A model generated the notes under the pieces. The model searched no databases, was not told where the DNA came from, and was given only the letters and a program-made list of their open reading frames with translations. A stretch of 64,000 nucleotides of DNA, taken from positions 13,702,001-13,766,000 of the forward strand of contig OZ176053.1 in the NCBI GenBank assembly GCA_964247055.1, given 5' to 3'. This document shows positions 1 through 13,099 of the stretch, piece by piece. The DNA is from Paragordius varius (Eukaryota > Animalia > Nematomorpha). Within the stretch, counting starts at the first letter, position 1. Every line of letters begins with the position of its first letter. Position numbers and translations under genes: made by a program.

Positions 1-30
1 CTTAGTAAGACTACATCAAAATATAGAGAT

Positions 31-43
31 AGTTTGACAAACT
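31..43. repeat. Interrupted palindrome AGTTTG-A-CAAACT (in each monomer)
   Basis: 6-1-6 dyad read from the sequence. Confidence 0.9.
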
Positions 44-48
44 CTTTC

Positions 49-141
49 ATATCCGATTTTTACAACGATACTTTAAAAATTAATGTATAAAACTAGTCGC
101 ATGATTACTCAAGTTAAACTTTGTCCTTAAAAATCGGATAT
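49..141. repeat. Intra-monomer 14-bp perfect inverted repeat (ATATCCGATTTTTA 49-62 / TAAAAATCGGATAT 128-141), present in most monomers
   Basis: Direct reverse-complement match with a 65-bp spacer. Its centre (about 95) coincides with the ACTAGT palindrome at 92-97. Confidence 0.95.
111..121. repeat. Interrupted palindrome AAGTT-A-AACTT (in each monomer)
   Basis: 5-1-5 dyad read from the sequence. Confidence 0.85.
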
Positions 142-144
142 TGG

Positions 145-154
145 TCACCGGTGA
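145..154. repeat. Perfect 10-bp palindrome TCACCGGTGA (contains AgeI ACCGGT and SgrAI CACCGGTG sites; extends to 141-158 with one mismatch)
   Basis: Self-complementary sequence. The flanks TTG(G) and (A)CAA pair. Confidence 0.92.
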
Positions 155-178
155 ACAAAATTATTTTTTATACATTCT

Positions 179-334
179 CTTAGTAGGACTACATCAAAAT
201 ATAGAGATAGTTTGACAAACTCTTTCATATCCGATTTTTACAATTAAACCAGTCGCATCAATACTCAAGTTAAACTTTGTCCTTAAAAATCGGATATTGG
301 TCACCGGTGAACAAAATTATTTTTTATACATTCT
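179..334 (+). repeat. 156-bp deletion-variant monomer (22-bp deletion, junction ACAA|TTAAACCAGT)
   Basis: Monomer starts at 179 and 335 are 156 bp apart. The same junction was seen 11 times, between 0.2-5.6 kb and 20.7-25.0 kb. Confidence 0.93.
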
Positions 335-512
335 CTTTGTAAGACTACATCAAAATATAGAGATAGTTTGACAAACTCTTTCATATCCGATTTTTACAAC
401 GATACTTTAAAAATTAATGTATAAAACTAGTCGCATGATTACTCAAGTTAAACTTTGTCCTTAAAAATCGGATATTGGTCACCGGTGAACAAAATTATTT
501 TTTATACATTCT

Positions 513-703
513 CTTAGTAGGACTACATCAAAATATAGAGATAGTTTGACAAACTCTTTCATATCCGATTTTTACAACGATACTTTATAAATTAATGTAT
601 AAAACTAGTCGTATCAATAAATCGCATCAATACTCAAGTTAAACTTTGTCCTTAAAAATCGGATATTGGTCACCGGTGAACAAAATTATTTTTTATACAT
701 TCT
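513..703 (+). repeat. 191-bp insertion-variant monomer (13-bp internal tandem duplication AGTCGTATCAATA + A(G/A)TCGCATCAATA)
   Basis: Monomer starts at 513 and 704 are 191 bp apart. The variant recurs many times up to about 45.7 kb. Confidence 0.93.
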
Positions 704-3700
704 CTTAGTAGGACTACATCAAAATATAGAGATAGTTTGGCAAACTCTTTCATACCCGATTTTTACAACGATACTTTAAAAATTAATGTATAAAACTAGT
801 CGTATCAATAAATCGCATCAACACTCAAGTTAAACTTTGTCCTTAAAAATCGAATATTGGTCACCGGTGGACAAAATGATTTATTATACATTCTCTCAGT
901 AAGACTACATCAAAATATAGAGATAGTTTGACAAACTCTTTCATATCCGATTTTTACAACGATACTTTAAAAATAATGTGTTAAACTAGTCGCATCAATA
1001 CTCAAGTTAAACTTTGTCCTTAAAAATCGGATATTGGTCACCGGTGAACAAAATTATTTTTTATACATTCTCTTAGTAAGACTACATCAAAATATAGAGA
1101 TAGTTTGACAAACTCTTTCATATCCGATTTTTACAACGATACTTTAAAAATTAATGTATAAAACTAGTCGTATCAATGAATCGCATCAATACTCAAGTTA
1201 AACTTTGTCCTTAAAAATCGGATATTGGTCACCGGTGAACAAAATTATTTTTTATACATTCTCTTAGTAGGACTACATCAAAATATAGAGATAGTTTGAC
1301 AAACTCTTTCATATCCGATTTTTACAACGATACTTTAAAAATTAATGTATAAAACTAGTCGCATCAATACTAAAGTTAAACTTTGTCCTTAAAAATCGGA
1401 TATTGGTCACCGGTGAACAAAATAATTTTTGATACATTCTCTTAGTAAGACTACATCAAAATATAGAAATAGTTTGACAAACACTTTCATATCCGATTTT
1501 TACAACGATACTTTAAAAATTAATGTATAAAACTAGTCGCATCAATACTAAAGTTAAACTTTGTCATTAAAAATCGGATATTGGTCACCGGTGAACAAAA
1601 TAATTTTTTATACATTCTCTTAGTAAGACTACATCAAATTATAGAGATAGTTTGACAAACTCTTTCATATCCGATTTTTACAATTAAACCAGTCGCATCC
1701 ATACTCAAGTTAAACTTTGTCCTTAAAAATCGAATATTGGTCACCGGTGAACAAAATTATTTTTTATACATTCTCTTAGTAAAACTACATCAAAATATAG
1801 AGATAGTTTGACAAACTCTTTCATATCCGATTTTTACAACGATACTTTAAAAATTAATGTGTTAAACTAGTCGCATAAATACTCAAGTTAAACTTTGTCC
1901 TTAAAAATCGGATATTGGTCACCGGTGAACAAAATAATTTTTTATACATTCTCTTAGTAAGACTACATCAAAATATAGAGATAGTTTGACAAACTCTTTC
2001 ATATCCGATTTTTACAACGATACTTTAAAAATTAATGTATAAAACTAGTCGTATCAATAAATCGCATCAATACTCAAGTTAAACTTTGTCCTTAAAAATC
2101 GGATATTGGTCACCGGTGAACAAAATTATTTTTTATACATTCTCTTAGTAGGACTACATCAAAATTAAGAGATAGTTTGGCAAACTCTTTCATATCCGAT
2201 TTTTACAACGATACTTTAAAAATTAATGTATAAAACTAGTCGCATCAATACTAAAGTTAAACTTTGTCCTTAAAAATCGGATATTGGTCACCGGTGAACA
2301 AAATAATTTTTTATACATTCTCTTAGTAAGACTACATCAAAATATAGAAATAGTTTGACAAACACTTTCATATCCGATTTTTACAACGATACTTTATAAA
2401 TTAATGTATTAAACTAGTCGCATCACTACTCATGTTAAACTTTGTCCTTAAAAATCGGATATTGGTCACGGGTGAACAAAATTATTTTTTATACATTCTC
2501 TTAGTAAGACTACATCAAATTATAGAGATAGTTTGACAAACTCTTTCATATCCGATTTTTACAATTAAACCAGTCGCATCAATACTCAAGTTAAACTTTG
2601 TCCTTAAAAATCGGATATTGGTCACCGGTGAACAAAATTATTTTTTATACATTATCTTAGTAAAACTACATCAAAATATAGAGATAGTTTGACAAACTCT
2701 TTCATATCCGATTTTTACAACGATACTTTAAAAATTAATGTATAAAACTAGTCGCATCAATATTCATGTTAAACTTTGTCCTTAAAAATCGGATATTGGT
2801 CACGGGTGAACAAAATTATTTTTTATACATTCTCTTAGTAAGACTACATCAAATTATAGAGATAGTTTGACAAACTCTTTCATATCCGATTTTTACAATT
2901 AAACCAGTCGCATCAATACTCAAGTTAAACTTTGTCCTTAAAAATCGGATATTGGTCACCGGTGAACAAAATTATTTTTTATACATTCTCTTAGTAGGAT
3001 TACATATAAATATAGAGATAGTTTGACAAACTCTTTCATATCCGATTTTTACAACGATACTTTAAAAATTAATGTATTAAACTAGTCGCATCAATACTCA
3101 AGTTAAACTTTGTCCTTAAAAATCGGATATTGGTCACCGGTGAACAAAATTATTTTTTATACATTCTCTTAGTAAGACTACATCAAAATATAGAGATTGT
3201 TTGACAAACTCTTTCATATCCGATTTTTACAACGATACTTTATAAATTAATGTATAAAACTAGTCGTATCAATACTAAAGTTAAACTTTGTCCTTAAAAA
3301 TCGGATATTGGTCACCGGTGAACAAAATTATTTTTTATACATTCTCTTAGTAGCACTACATATAAATATAGAGATAGTTTGACAAACTCTTTCATATCCG
3401 ATTTTTACAACGATACTTTAAAAATTAATGTATTAAACTAGTCGCATCAATACTCAAGTTAAACTTTGTCCTTAAAAATCGGATATTGGTCACCGGTGAA
3501 CAAAATAATTTTTTATACATTCTCTTAGTAAGACTACATCAAAATATAGAAATAGTTTGACAAACACTTTCATATCCGATTTTTACAACGATACTTTAAA
3601 AATTAATGTATTAAACTAGTCGCATCAATACTCATGTTAAACTTTGTCCTTAAAAATCGGATATTGGTCACGGGTGAACAAAATTATTTTTTATACATTC

Positions 3701-5292
3701 TCTTAGTAAGACTACATCAAATTATAGAGATAGTTTGACAAACTCTTTTATATCCGATTTTTACAATTAAACCAGTCGCATCAATACTCAAGTTAAACTT
3801 TGTCCTTAAAAATCGGATATTGGTCACCGGTGAACCTAATTATTTTTTATACATTCTCTTAGTAAAACTACATCAAAATATAGAGATAGTTTGACAAACT
3901 CTTTCATATCCGATTTTTACAACGATACTTTAAAAATTAATGTGTTAAACTAGTCGCATCAATACTCAAGTTAAACTTTGTCCTTAAAAATCGGATATTA
4001 GTCACCGGTGAACAAAATTATTTTTTATACATTCTCTTAGTAAGACTACATCAAAATTAAGAGATAGTTTGGCAAACTCTTTCATATCCGATTTTTACAA
4101 CGATACTTTAAAAATTAATGTATAAAACTAGTCGTATCAATAAATCGCATCAATACTCAAGTTAAACTTTGTCCTTAAAAATCGGATATTGGTCACCGGT
4201 GAACAAAATTATTTTTTATACATTCTCTTAGTAGGACTACATCAAAATTAAGAGATAGTTTGGCAAACTCTTTCATATCCGATTTTTACAACGATACTTT
4301 AAAAATTAATGTATAAAACTAGTCGCATCAATACTAAAGTTAAACTTTGTCCTTAAAAATCGGATATTGGTCACCGGTGAACAAAATAACTTTTTATACA
4401 TTTTCTTAGTAAGACTACATCAAAATATAGAAATAGTTTGACAAACACTTTCATATCCGATTTTTACAACGATACTTTAAAAATTAATGTATTAAACTAG
4501 TCGCATCAATACTCATGTTAAACTTTGTCCTTAAAAATCGGATATTGGTCACGGGTGAACAAAATTATTTTTTATACATTCTCTTAGTAAGACTACATCA
4601 AATTATAGAGATAGTTTGACAAACTCTTTCATATCCGATTTTTACAATTAAACCAGTCGCATCAATACTCAAGTTAAACTTTGTCCTTAAAAATCGGATA
4701 TTGGTCACCGGTGAACAAAATTATTTTTTATACATTCTCTTAGTAAGACTACATCAAAATATAGAGATAGTTTGACAAACTCTTTCATATCCGATTTTTA
4801 CAACGATACTTTAAAAATTAATGTATAAAACTAGTCGCATGATTACTCAAGTTAAACTTTGTCCTTAAAAATCGGATATTGGTCACCGGTGAACAAAATT
4901 ATTTTTTATACATTCTCTTAGTACTACATCAAAATATAGAGATAGTTTGACAAACTCTTTCATATCCGATTTTTACAACGATACTTTATAAATTAATGTA
5001 TAAAACTAGTCGTATCAATAAATCGCATCAATACTCAAGTTAAACTTTGTCCTTAAAAATCGGATATTGGTCACCGGTGAACAAAATTATTTTTTATACA
5101 TTCTCTTAGTAGGACTACATCAAAATATAGAGATAGTTTGGCAAACTCTTTCATATCCGATTTTTACAACGATACTTTAAAAATTAATGTATAAAACTAG
5201 TCGTTATAAATCGCATCAATACTCAAGTTAAACTTTGTCCTTAAAAATCGGATATTGGTCACCGGTGAACAAAATTATTTTTTATAGATTCT

Positions 5293-6457
5293 CTTAGTAA
5301 GACTACATCAAAATATAGAGATAGTTTGACAAACTCTTTCATATCCGATTTTTACAACGATACTTTAAAAATTAATGTATAAAACTAGTCGCATGATTAC
5401 TCAAGTTAAACTTTGTCCTTAAAAATCGGATATTGGTCACCGGTGAACAAAATTATTTTTTATACATTCTCTTAGTAGGACTACATCAAAATATAGAGAT
5501 AGTTTGACAAACTCTTTCATATCCGATTTTTACAATTAAACCAGTCGCATCAATACTCAAGTTAAACTTTGTCCTTAAAAATCGGATATTGGTCACCGGT
5601 GAACAAAATTATTTTTTATACATTCTCTTTGTAAGACTACATCAAAATATAGAGATAGTTTGACAAACTCTTTCATATCCGATTTTTACAACGATACTTT
5701 AAAAATTAATGTATAAAACTAGTCGCATGATTACTCAAGTTAAACTTTGTCCTTAAAAATCGGATATTGGTCACCGGTGAACAAAATTATTTTTTATACA
5801 TTCTCTTAGTAGGACTACATCAAAATATAGAGATAGTTTGACAAACTCTTTCATATCCGATTTTTACAACGATACTTTATAAATTAATGTATAAAACTAG
5901 TCGTATCAATAAATCGCATCAATACTCAAGTTAAACTTTGTCCTTAAAAATCGGATATTGGTCACCGGTGAACAAAATTATTTTTTATACATTCTCTTAG
6001 TAGGACTACATCAAAATATAGAGATAGTTTGGCAAACTCTTTCATACCCGATTTTTACAACGATACTTTAAAAATTAATGTATAAAACTAGTCGTATCAA
6101 TAAATCGCATCAACACTCAAGTTAAACTTTGTCCTTAAAAATCGAATATTGGTCACCGGTGGACAAAATGATTTATTATACATTCTCTCAGTAAGACTAC
6201 ATCAAAATATAGAGATAGTTTGACAAACTCTTTCATATCCGATTTTTACAACGATACTTTAAAAATAATGTGTTAAACTAGTCGCATCAATACTCAAGTT
6301 AAACTTTGTCCTTAAAAATCGGATATTGGTCACCGGTGAACAAAATTATTTTTTATACATTCTCTTAGTAAGACTACATCAAAATATAGAGATAGTTTGA
6401 CAAACTCTTTCATATCCGATTTTTACAACGATACTTTAAAAATTAATGTATAAAACT
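5293..6457 (+). repeat. Dispersed copy of block 1..~1165 (offset 5292 bp)
   Basis: Shared rare variants at a constant offset: CTCTTTGTAAG (339/5631), CATACCCGAT (751/6043), GGTGGACAAAATGATTTATT and AAAATAATGTGTT. Confidence 0.85.
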
Positions 6458-9400
6458 AGTCGCATCAATACTAAAGTTAAACTTTGTCCTTAAAAATCGG
6501 ATATTGGTCACCGGTGAACAAAATAATTTTTGATACATTCTCTTAGTAAGACTACATCAAAATATAGAGATAGTTTTGCAAACTCTTTCATATCCGATTT
6601 TTACAACGATACTTTAAAAATTAATGTGTTAAACTAGTCGCATCAAACTTTGTCCTTTAAAATCGGATATTGGTCACCGGTGAACAAAATTATTTTTTAT
6701 ACATTCTCTTAGTAGGACTACGTCAAAATATAGAGATAGTTTGGCAAACTTTTTCATAGATTTTTACAACGATACTTTAAAAATTAATGTATAAAACTAG
6801 TCGTATCAATAAATCGCATCAATACTCAAGTTAAACTTTGTCCTTAAAAATCGGATATTGGTCACCGGTGAACAAAATTATTTTTTATACATTGTCTCAG
6901 TAAGACTACATCAAAATATAGAGATAGTTTGACAAACTCTTTCATATCCGATTTTTACAACGATACTTTAAAAATAATGTGTTAAACTAGTCGCATCAAT
7001 ACTCAAGTTAAACTTTGTCCTTAAAAATCGGATTATGGTCACCGGTGAACAAAATTATTTTTTATACATTCTCTTAGTAAGACTACATCAAAATATAGAG
7101 ATAGTTTGACAAACTCTTTCATATCCGATTTTTACAACGATACTTTAAAAATTAATGTATAAAACTAGTCGTATCAATGAATCGCATCAATACTCAAGTT
7201 AAACTTTGTCCTTAAAAATCGGATATTGGTCACCGGTGAACAAAATTATTTTTTATACATTCTCTTAGTAGGACTACATCAAAATATAGAGATAGTTTGA
7301 CAAACTCTTTCATATCCGATTTTTACAACGATACTTTAAAAATTAATGTATAAAACTAGTCGCATCAATACTAAAGTTAAACTTTGTCCTTAAAAATCGG
7401 ATATTGGTCACCGGTGAACAAAATAATTTTTGATACATTCTCTTAGTAAGACTACATCAAAATATAGAGATAGTTTGACAAACTCTTTCATATCCGATTT
7501 TTACAACGATACTTTAAAAATTATGGTATTAAACCAGTCGCATCAATACTCAAGTTAAACTTTGTCCTTAAAAATCGGATATTGGTCACCGGTGAACAAA
7601 ATAATTTTTTTACATTCTGTTAGTAAGACTACATCAAAATATAGAGATAGTTTGACAAACTCTTTCATATCCGATTTTTACAACGATACTTTAAAAATTA
7701 ATGTATTAAACTAGTCGCATCAATACTCAAGTTAAACTTTGTCCTTAAAAATCGGATATTGGTCACCGGTGAACAAAATAATTTTTTATACATTCTCTTA
7801 GCAAGAATACATCAAATAATAGAGATAGTTTGACAAACTCTTTCATATCCGATTTTTACAACGATACTTTATAAATTAATGTATAAAACTAGTCGTATCA
7901 ATAAGTCGCATCAATACTCAAGTTAAACTTTGTCCTTAAAAATCGGATATTGGTCACCAGTGAACAAAATAATTTTTTATACATTCTCTTAGTAAGACTA
8001 CATCAAAATATAGAGATAGTTTGACAAACTCTTTCATATCCGATTTTTACAACGATACTTTAAAAATTATGGTATTAAACCAGTCGCATCAATACTCAAG
8101 TTAAACTTTGTCCTTAAAAATCGGATATTGGTCACCGGTGAACAAAATTATTTTTTATACATTCTCTTAGTAAGACTACATCAAAATATAGAGCTAGTTT
8201 GACAAACTCTTTCATATCCGATTTTTACAACGATACTTTAAAAATTATGGTATTAAACCAGTCGCATCAATACTCAAGTTAAACTTTGTCCTTAAAAATC
8301 GGATATTGGTCACCGGTGAACAAAATTATTTTTTATACATTCTCTTAGTAAGACTACATCAAAATATAGAGCTAGTTTGACAAACTCTTTCATATCCGAT
8401 TTTCACAACGATACTTTAAAAATTAATGTATTAAACTAGTCGCATCAATACTCAAGTTAAACTTTGTCCTTAAAAATCGGATATTGGTCACCAGTGAACA
8501 AAATAATTTTTTATACATTCTCTTAGTAAGACTACATCAAAATATAGAGATAGTTTGACAAACTCTTTCATATCCGATTTTTACAACGATACTTTAAAAA
8601 TTATGGTATTAAACCAGTCGCATCAATACTCAAGTTAAACTTTGTCCTTAAAAATCGGATATTGGTCACCGGTGAACAAAATTATTTTTTATACATTCTC
8701 TTAGTAAGACTACATCAAAATATAGAGCTAGTTTGACAAACTCTTTCATATCCGATTTTCACAACGATACTTTAAAAATTAATGTATTAAACTAGTCGCA
8801 TCAATACTCAAGTTAAACTTTGTCCTTAAAAATCGGATATTGGTCACCGGTGAACAAAATAATTTTTTATACATTCTCTTAGCAAGAATAAGAGATAGTT
8901 TGACAAACTCTTTCATATCCGATTTTTACAACGATACTTTATAAATTAATGTATAAAACTAGTCGTATCAATAAGTCGCATCAATACTCAAGTTAAACTT
9001 TGTCCTTAAAAATCGGATATTGGTCACCAGTGAACAAAATAATTTTTTATACATTCTCTTAGTAAGACTACATCAAAATATAGAGATAGTTTGACAAACT
9101 CTTTCATATCCGATTTTTACAACGATACTTTAAAAATTATGGTATTAAACCAGTCGCATCAATACTCAAGTTAAACTTTGTCCTTAAAAATCGGATATTG
9201 GTCACCGGTGAACAAAATTATTTTTTATACATTCTCTTAGTAAGACTACATCAAAATATAGAGATAGTTTGACAAACTCTTTCATATCCGATTTTCACAA
9301 CGATACTTTAAAAATTAATGTATTAAACTAGTCGCATCAATACTCAAGTTAAACTTTGTCCTTAAAAATCGAATATTTGTCACCGGTGAACAAAATTTTT

Positions 9401-12400
9401 TTTATACATTCTCTTAGTAGGACTACATATAAATATAGAGATAGTTTGGCAAACTCTTTCATATCCGATTTTTACAACAATACTTTAAAAATTAATGTAT
9501 AAAACTAGTCGCATGATTACTCAAGTTAAACTTTGTCCTTAAAAATCGGATATTGGTCACCGGTGAACAAAATAATTTTTTATACATTCTCTTAGTAAGA
9601 CTACATCAAAATATAGAGATAGTTTTGCAAACTCTTTCATATCCGATTTTTACAACGATACTTTAAAAATTAATGTATAAAACTAGTCGCATCAATACTC
9701 AAGTTAAACTTTGTCCTTAAAAATCGGATATTGGTCACAGAGATAGTTTGACAAACTCTTTCATATCCGATTTTTACAACGATACTTTAAAAATTATGGT
9801 ATTAAACCAGTCGCATCAATACTCAAGTTAAACTTTGTCCTTAAAAATCGGATATTGGTCACCGGTGAACAAAATTTTTTTTATACATTCTCTTAGTAGG
9901 ACTACATATAAATATAGAGATAGTTTGGCAAACTCTTTCATATCCGATTTTTACAACAATACTTTAAAAATTAATGTATAAAACTAGTCGCATGATTACT
10001 CAAGTTAAACTTTGTCCTTAAAAATCGGATATTGGTCACCGGTGAACAAAATAATTTTTTATACATTCTCTTAGTAAGACTACATCAAAATATAGAGATA
10101 GTTTTGCAAACTCTTTCATATCCGATTTTTACAACGATACTTTAAAAATTAATGTATAAAACTAGTCGCATCAATACTCAAGTTAAACTTTGTCCTTAAA
10201 AATCGGATATTGGTCACCGGTGAACAAAATTTTTTTATACATTCTCTTAGTAGGACTACATATAAATATAGAGATAGTTTGGCAAACTCTTTCATATCCG
10301 ATTTTTACAACGATACTTTATAAATTAATGTATAAAACTAGTCGCATCAATACTCAAGTTAAACTTTGTCCTTAAAAATCGGATATTGGTCACCGGTGAA
10401 CAAAATAATTTTTTATACATTCTCTTAGCAAGAATACATCAAATAATAGAGATAGTTTGACAAACTCTTTCATATCCGATTTTTACAACGATACTTTATA
10501 AATTAATGTATAAAACTAGTCGTATCAATAAGTCGCATCAATACTCAAGTTAAACTTTGTCCTTAAAAATCGGATATTGGTCACCAGTGAACAAAATAAT
10601 TTTTTATACATTCTCTTAGTAAGACTACATCAAAATATAGAGATAGTTTGACAAACTCTTTCATATCCGATTTTTACAACGATACTTTAAAAATTATGGT
10701 ATTAAACCAGTCGCATCAATACTCAAGTTAAACTTTGTCCTTAAAAATCGGATATTGGTCACCGGTGAACAAAATTTTTTTTATACATTCTCTTAGTAGG
10801 ACTACATATAAATATAGAGATAGTTTGGCAAACTCTTTCATATCCGATTTTTACAACAATACTTTAAAAATTAATGTATAAAACTAGTCTAATCAATACT
10901 ATAGTTAAACTTTGTCCTTAAAAATCGGATATTGGTCACCGGTGAACAAAATAATTTTTGATACATTCTCTTAGTAAGACTACATCAAAATATAGAGATA
11001 GTTTTGCAAACTCTTTCATATCCGATTTTTACAACGATACTTTAAAAATTAATGTATAAAACTAGTCGCATCAATACTCAAGTTAAACTTTGTCCTTAAA
11101 AATCGGATATTGGTCACCGGTGAACAAAATTTTTTTTATACATTCTCTTAGTAGGACTACATATAAATATAGAGATAGTTTGGCAAACTCTTTCATATCC
11201 GATTTTTAAAACGATACTTTATAAATTAATGTATAAAACTAGTCGTATCAATAAGTCGCATCAATACTCAAGTTAAACTTTGTCCTTAAAAATCGGATAT
11301 TGGTCACCGGTGAACAAAATAATTTTTTATATATTCTCTTAGTAAGACTACATCAAAATATAGAGATAGTTAGACAAACTCTTTCATATCCGATTTTTAC
11401 AACGATACTTTAAAAATTATGGTTTTAAACCAGTCGCATCAATACTCAAGTTAAACTTTGTCCTTAAAAATCGGATATTGGTCACCGGTGAACAAAATTT
11501 TTTTTATACATTCTCTTAGTAGGACTACATATAAATATAGAGATAGTTTGGCAAACTCTTTCATATCCGATTTTTACAACAATACTATAAAAATTAATGT
11601 ATAAAACTAGTCGCATGATTACTCAAGTTAAACTTTGTCCTTAAAAATCGGATATTGGTCACCGGTGAACAAAATTATTTTTTATACATTCTCTTAGTAG
11701 GACTACATCAAAATATAGAGATAGTTTGACAAACTCTTTTATATCCGATTTTTACAACGATACTTTATAAATTAATGTATAAAACTAGTCGTATCAATAA
11801 ATCGCATCAATACTCAAGTTAAACTTTGTCCTTAAAAATCGGATATTGGTCACCGGTGAACAAAATTATTTTTTATACATTCTCTTAGTAGGACTACATC
11901 AAAATATAGAGATAGTTTGGCAAACTCTTTCATATCCGATTTTTACAACGATACTTTAAAAATTAATGTATAAAACTAGTCGTATCAATAAATCGCATCA
12001 ACACTCAAGTTAAACTTTGTCCTTAAAAATCGGATATTGGTCACCGGTGAACAAAATGATTTTTTATACATTCTCTTAGTAGGACTACATCAAAATATAG
12101 AGATAGTTTGGCAAACTCTTTCATATCTGATTTTTACAACGATACTTTAAAAATTAATGTGTTAAACTAGTCGCATCAATACTCAAGTTAAACTTTGTCC
12201 TTAAAAATCGGATATTGGTCACCGGTGAACAAAATTATTTTTTATACCTCTTAGTAGGACTACATCAAAATATAGAGATAGTTTGGCAAACTCTTTTATA
12301 TCTGATTTTTACAACGATACTTTAAAAATTAAGTGTTAAACTAGTCGCATCAATACTCAAGTTAAACTTTGTCCTTAAAAATCGGATATTGGTCACCGGT

Positions 12401-13099
12401 GAACAAATTATTTTTTATACATTCTCTCAGTAAGACTACATCAAAATATAGAGATAGTTTGACAAACTCTTTCATATCCGATTTTTACAACGATACTTTA
12501 AAAATTAATGTATAAAACTAGTCGTATCAATAAATTGCATCAATACTCAAGTTAAACTTTGTCCTTAAAAATCGGATATTCGTCACCGGTGAACAAAATT
12601 ATTTTTTATACATTCTCTTAGTAGGACTACATCAAAATATAGAGATAGTTTGGCAAACTCTTTCATATCTGATTTTTACAACGATACTTTAAAAATTAAG
12701 TGTTAAACTAGTCGCATCAATACTCAAGTTAAACTTTGTCCTTAAAAATCGGATATTGGTCACCGGTGAACAAATTATTTTTTATACATTCTCTCAGTAA
12801 GACTACATCAAAATATAGAGATAGTTTGACAAACTCTTTCATATCCGATTTTTACAACGATACTTTAAAAATTAATGTATAAAACTAGTCGTATCAATAA
12901 ATTGCATCAATACTCAAGTTAAACTTTGTCCTTAAAAATCGGATATTCGTCACCGGTGAACAAAATTATTTTTTATACATTCTCTTAGTAGGACTACATC
13001 AAAATATAGAGATAGTTTGGCAAACTCTTTCATATCCGATTTTTACAACGATACTTTAAAAATTAATGTATAAAACTAGTCGTATCAATAAATTGCATC

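Larger units (their letters stand above)
82..176. repeat. Second intra-monomer 11-bp inverted repeat (AATGTATAAAA 82-92 / TTTTATACATT 166-176), interleaved with the first
   Basis: Direct reverse-complement match. Confidence 0.9.
1..178 (+). repeat. Representative full-length 178-bp A-type monomer (about 27.5% GC, multiple A/T tracts)
   Basis: The next copy starts at 179 (CTTAGTAGGAC). 49 G+C in 178 nt by hand count. A/T tracts lie at about 18-21, 57-61, 72-81, 89-92, 129-133 and 157-169. Confidence 0.97.

Noticed and set aside
81-92. TATA-like or -10-like promoter motifs (TATAAAA; TATAAT in B-type) and T-rich terminator-like tracts
   Set aside because: These are expected by chance in 72% AT DNA and there is no downstream gene, so they cannot be supported without transcript data.
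1-178. Identity with Arabidopsis CEN178/CEN180 or primate alpha satellite
   Set aside because: Only the length is similar. I see no recognisable sequence similarity, no consensus HindIII AAGCTT site and no canonical CENP-B box.
1-178. tRNA, 5S rRNA, snRNA or rDNA spacer tandem array
   Set aside because: No cloverleaf, A/B box or conserved RNA gene motif is recognisable, and the low GC content and tolerated large deletions argue against a structural RNA gene.
1-178. Monomer derived from a duplicated ~89-bp half-unit
   Set aside because: Only short A-tract motifs (TTAAAAAT, CAAAAT) recur, and the two halves do not align convincingly as direct repeats by eye.
10190-10375. 61-aa ORF MSLKIGYWSPVNK... 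from the ORF track
   Set aside because: It starts at TTG and spans about one satellite monomer. It stays open only because local variants (ACATATAAAT, TTTATAAATT) remove stops. The 178-bp period is not a multiple of 3, there is no recognisable domain, and it is a chance reading frame.
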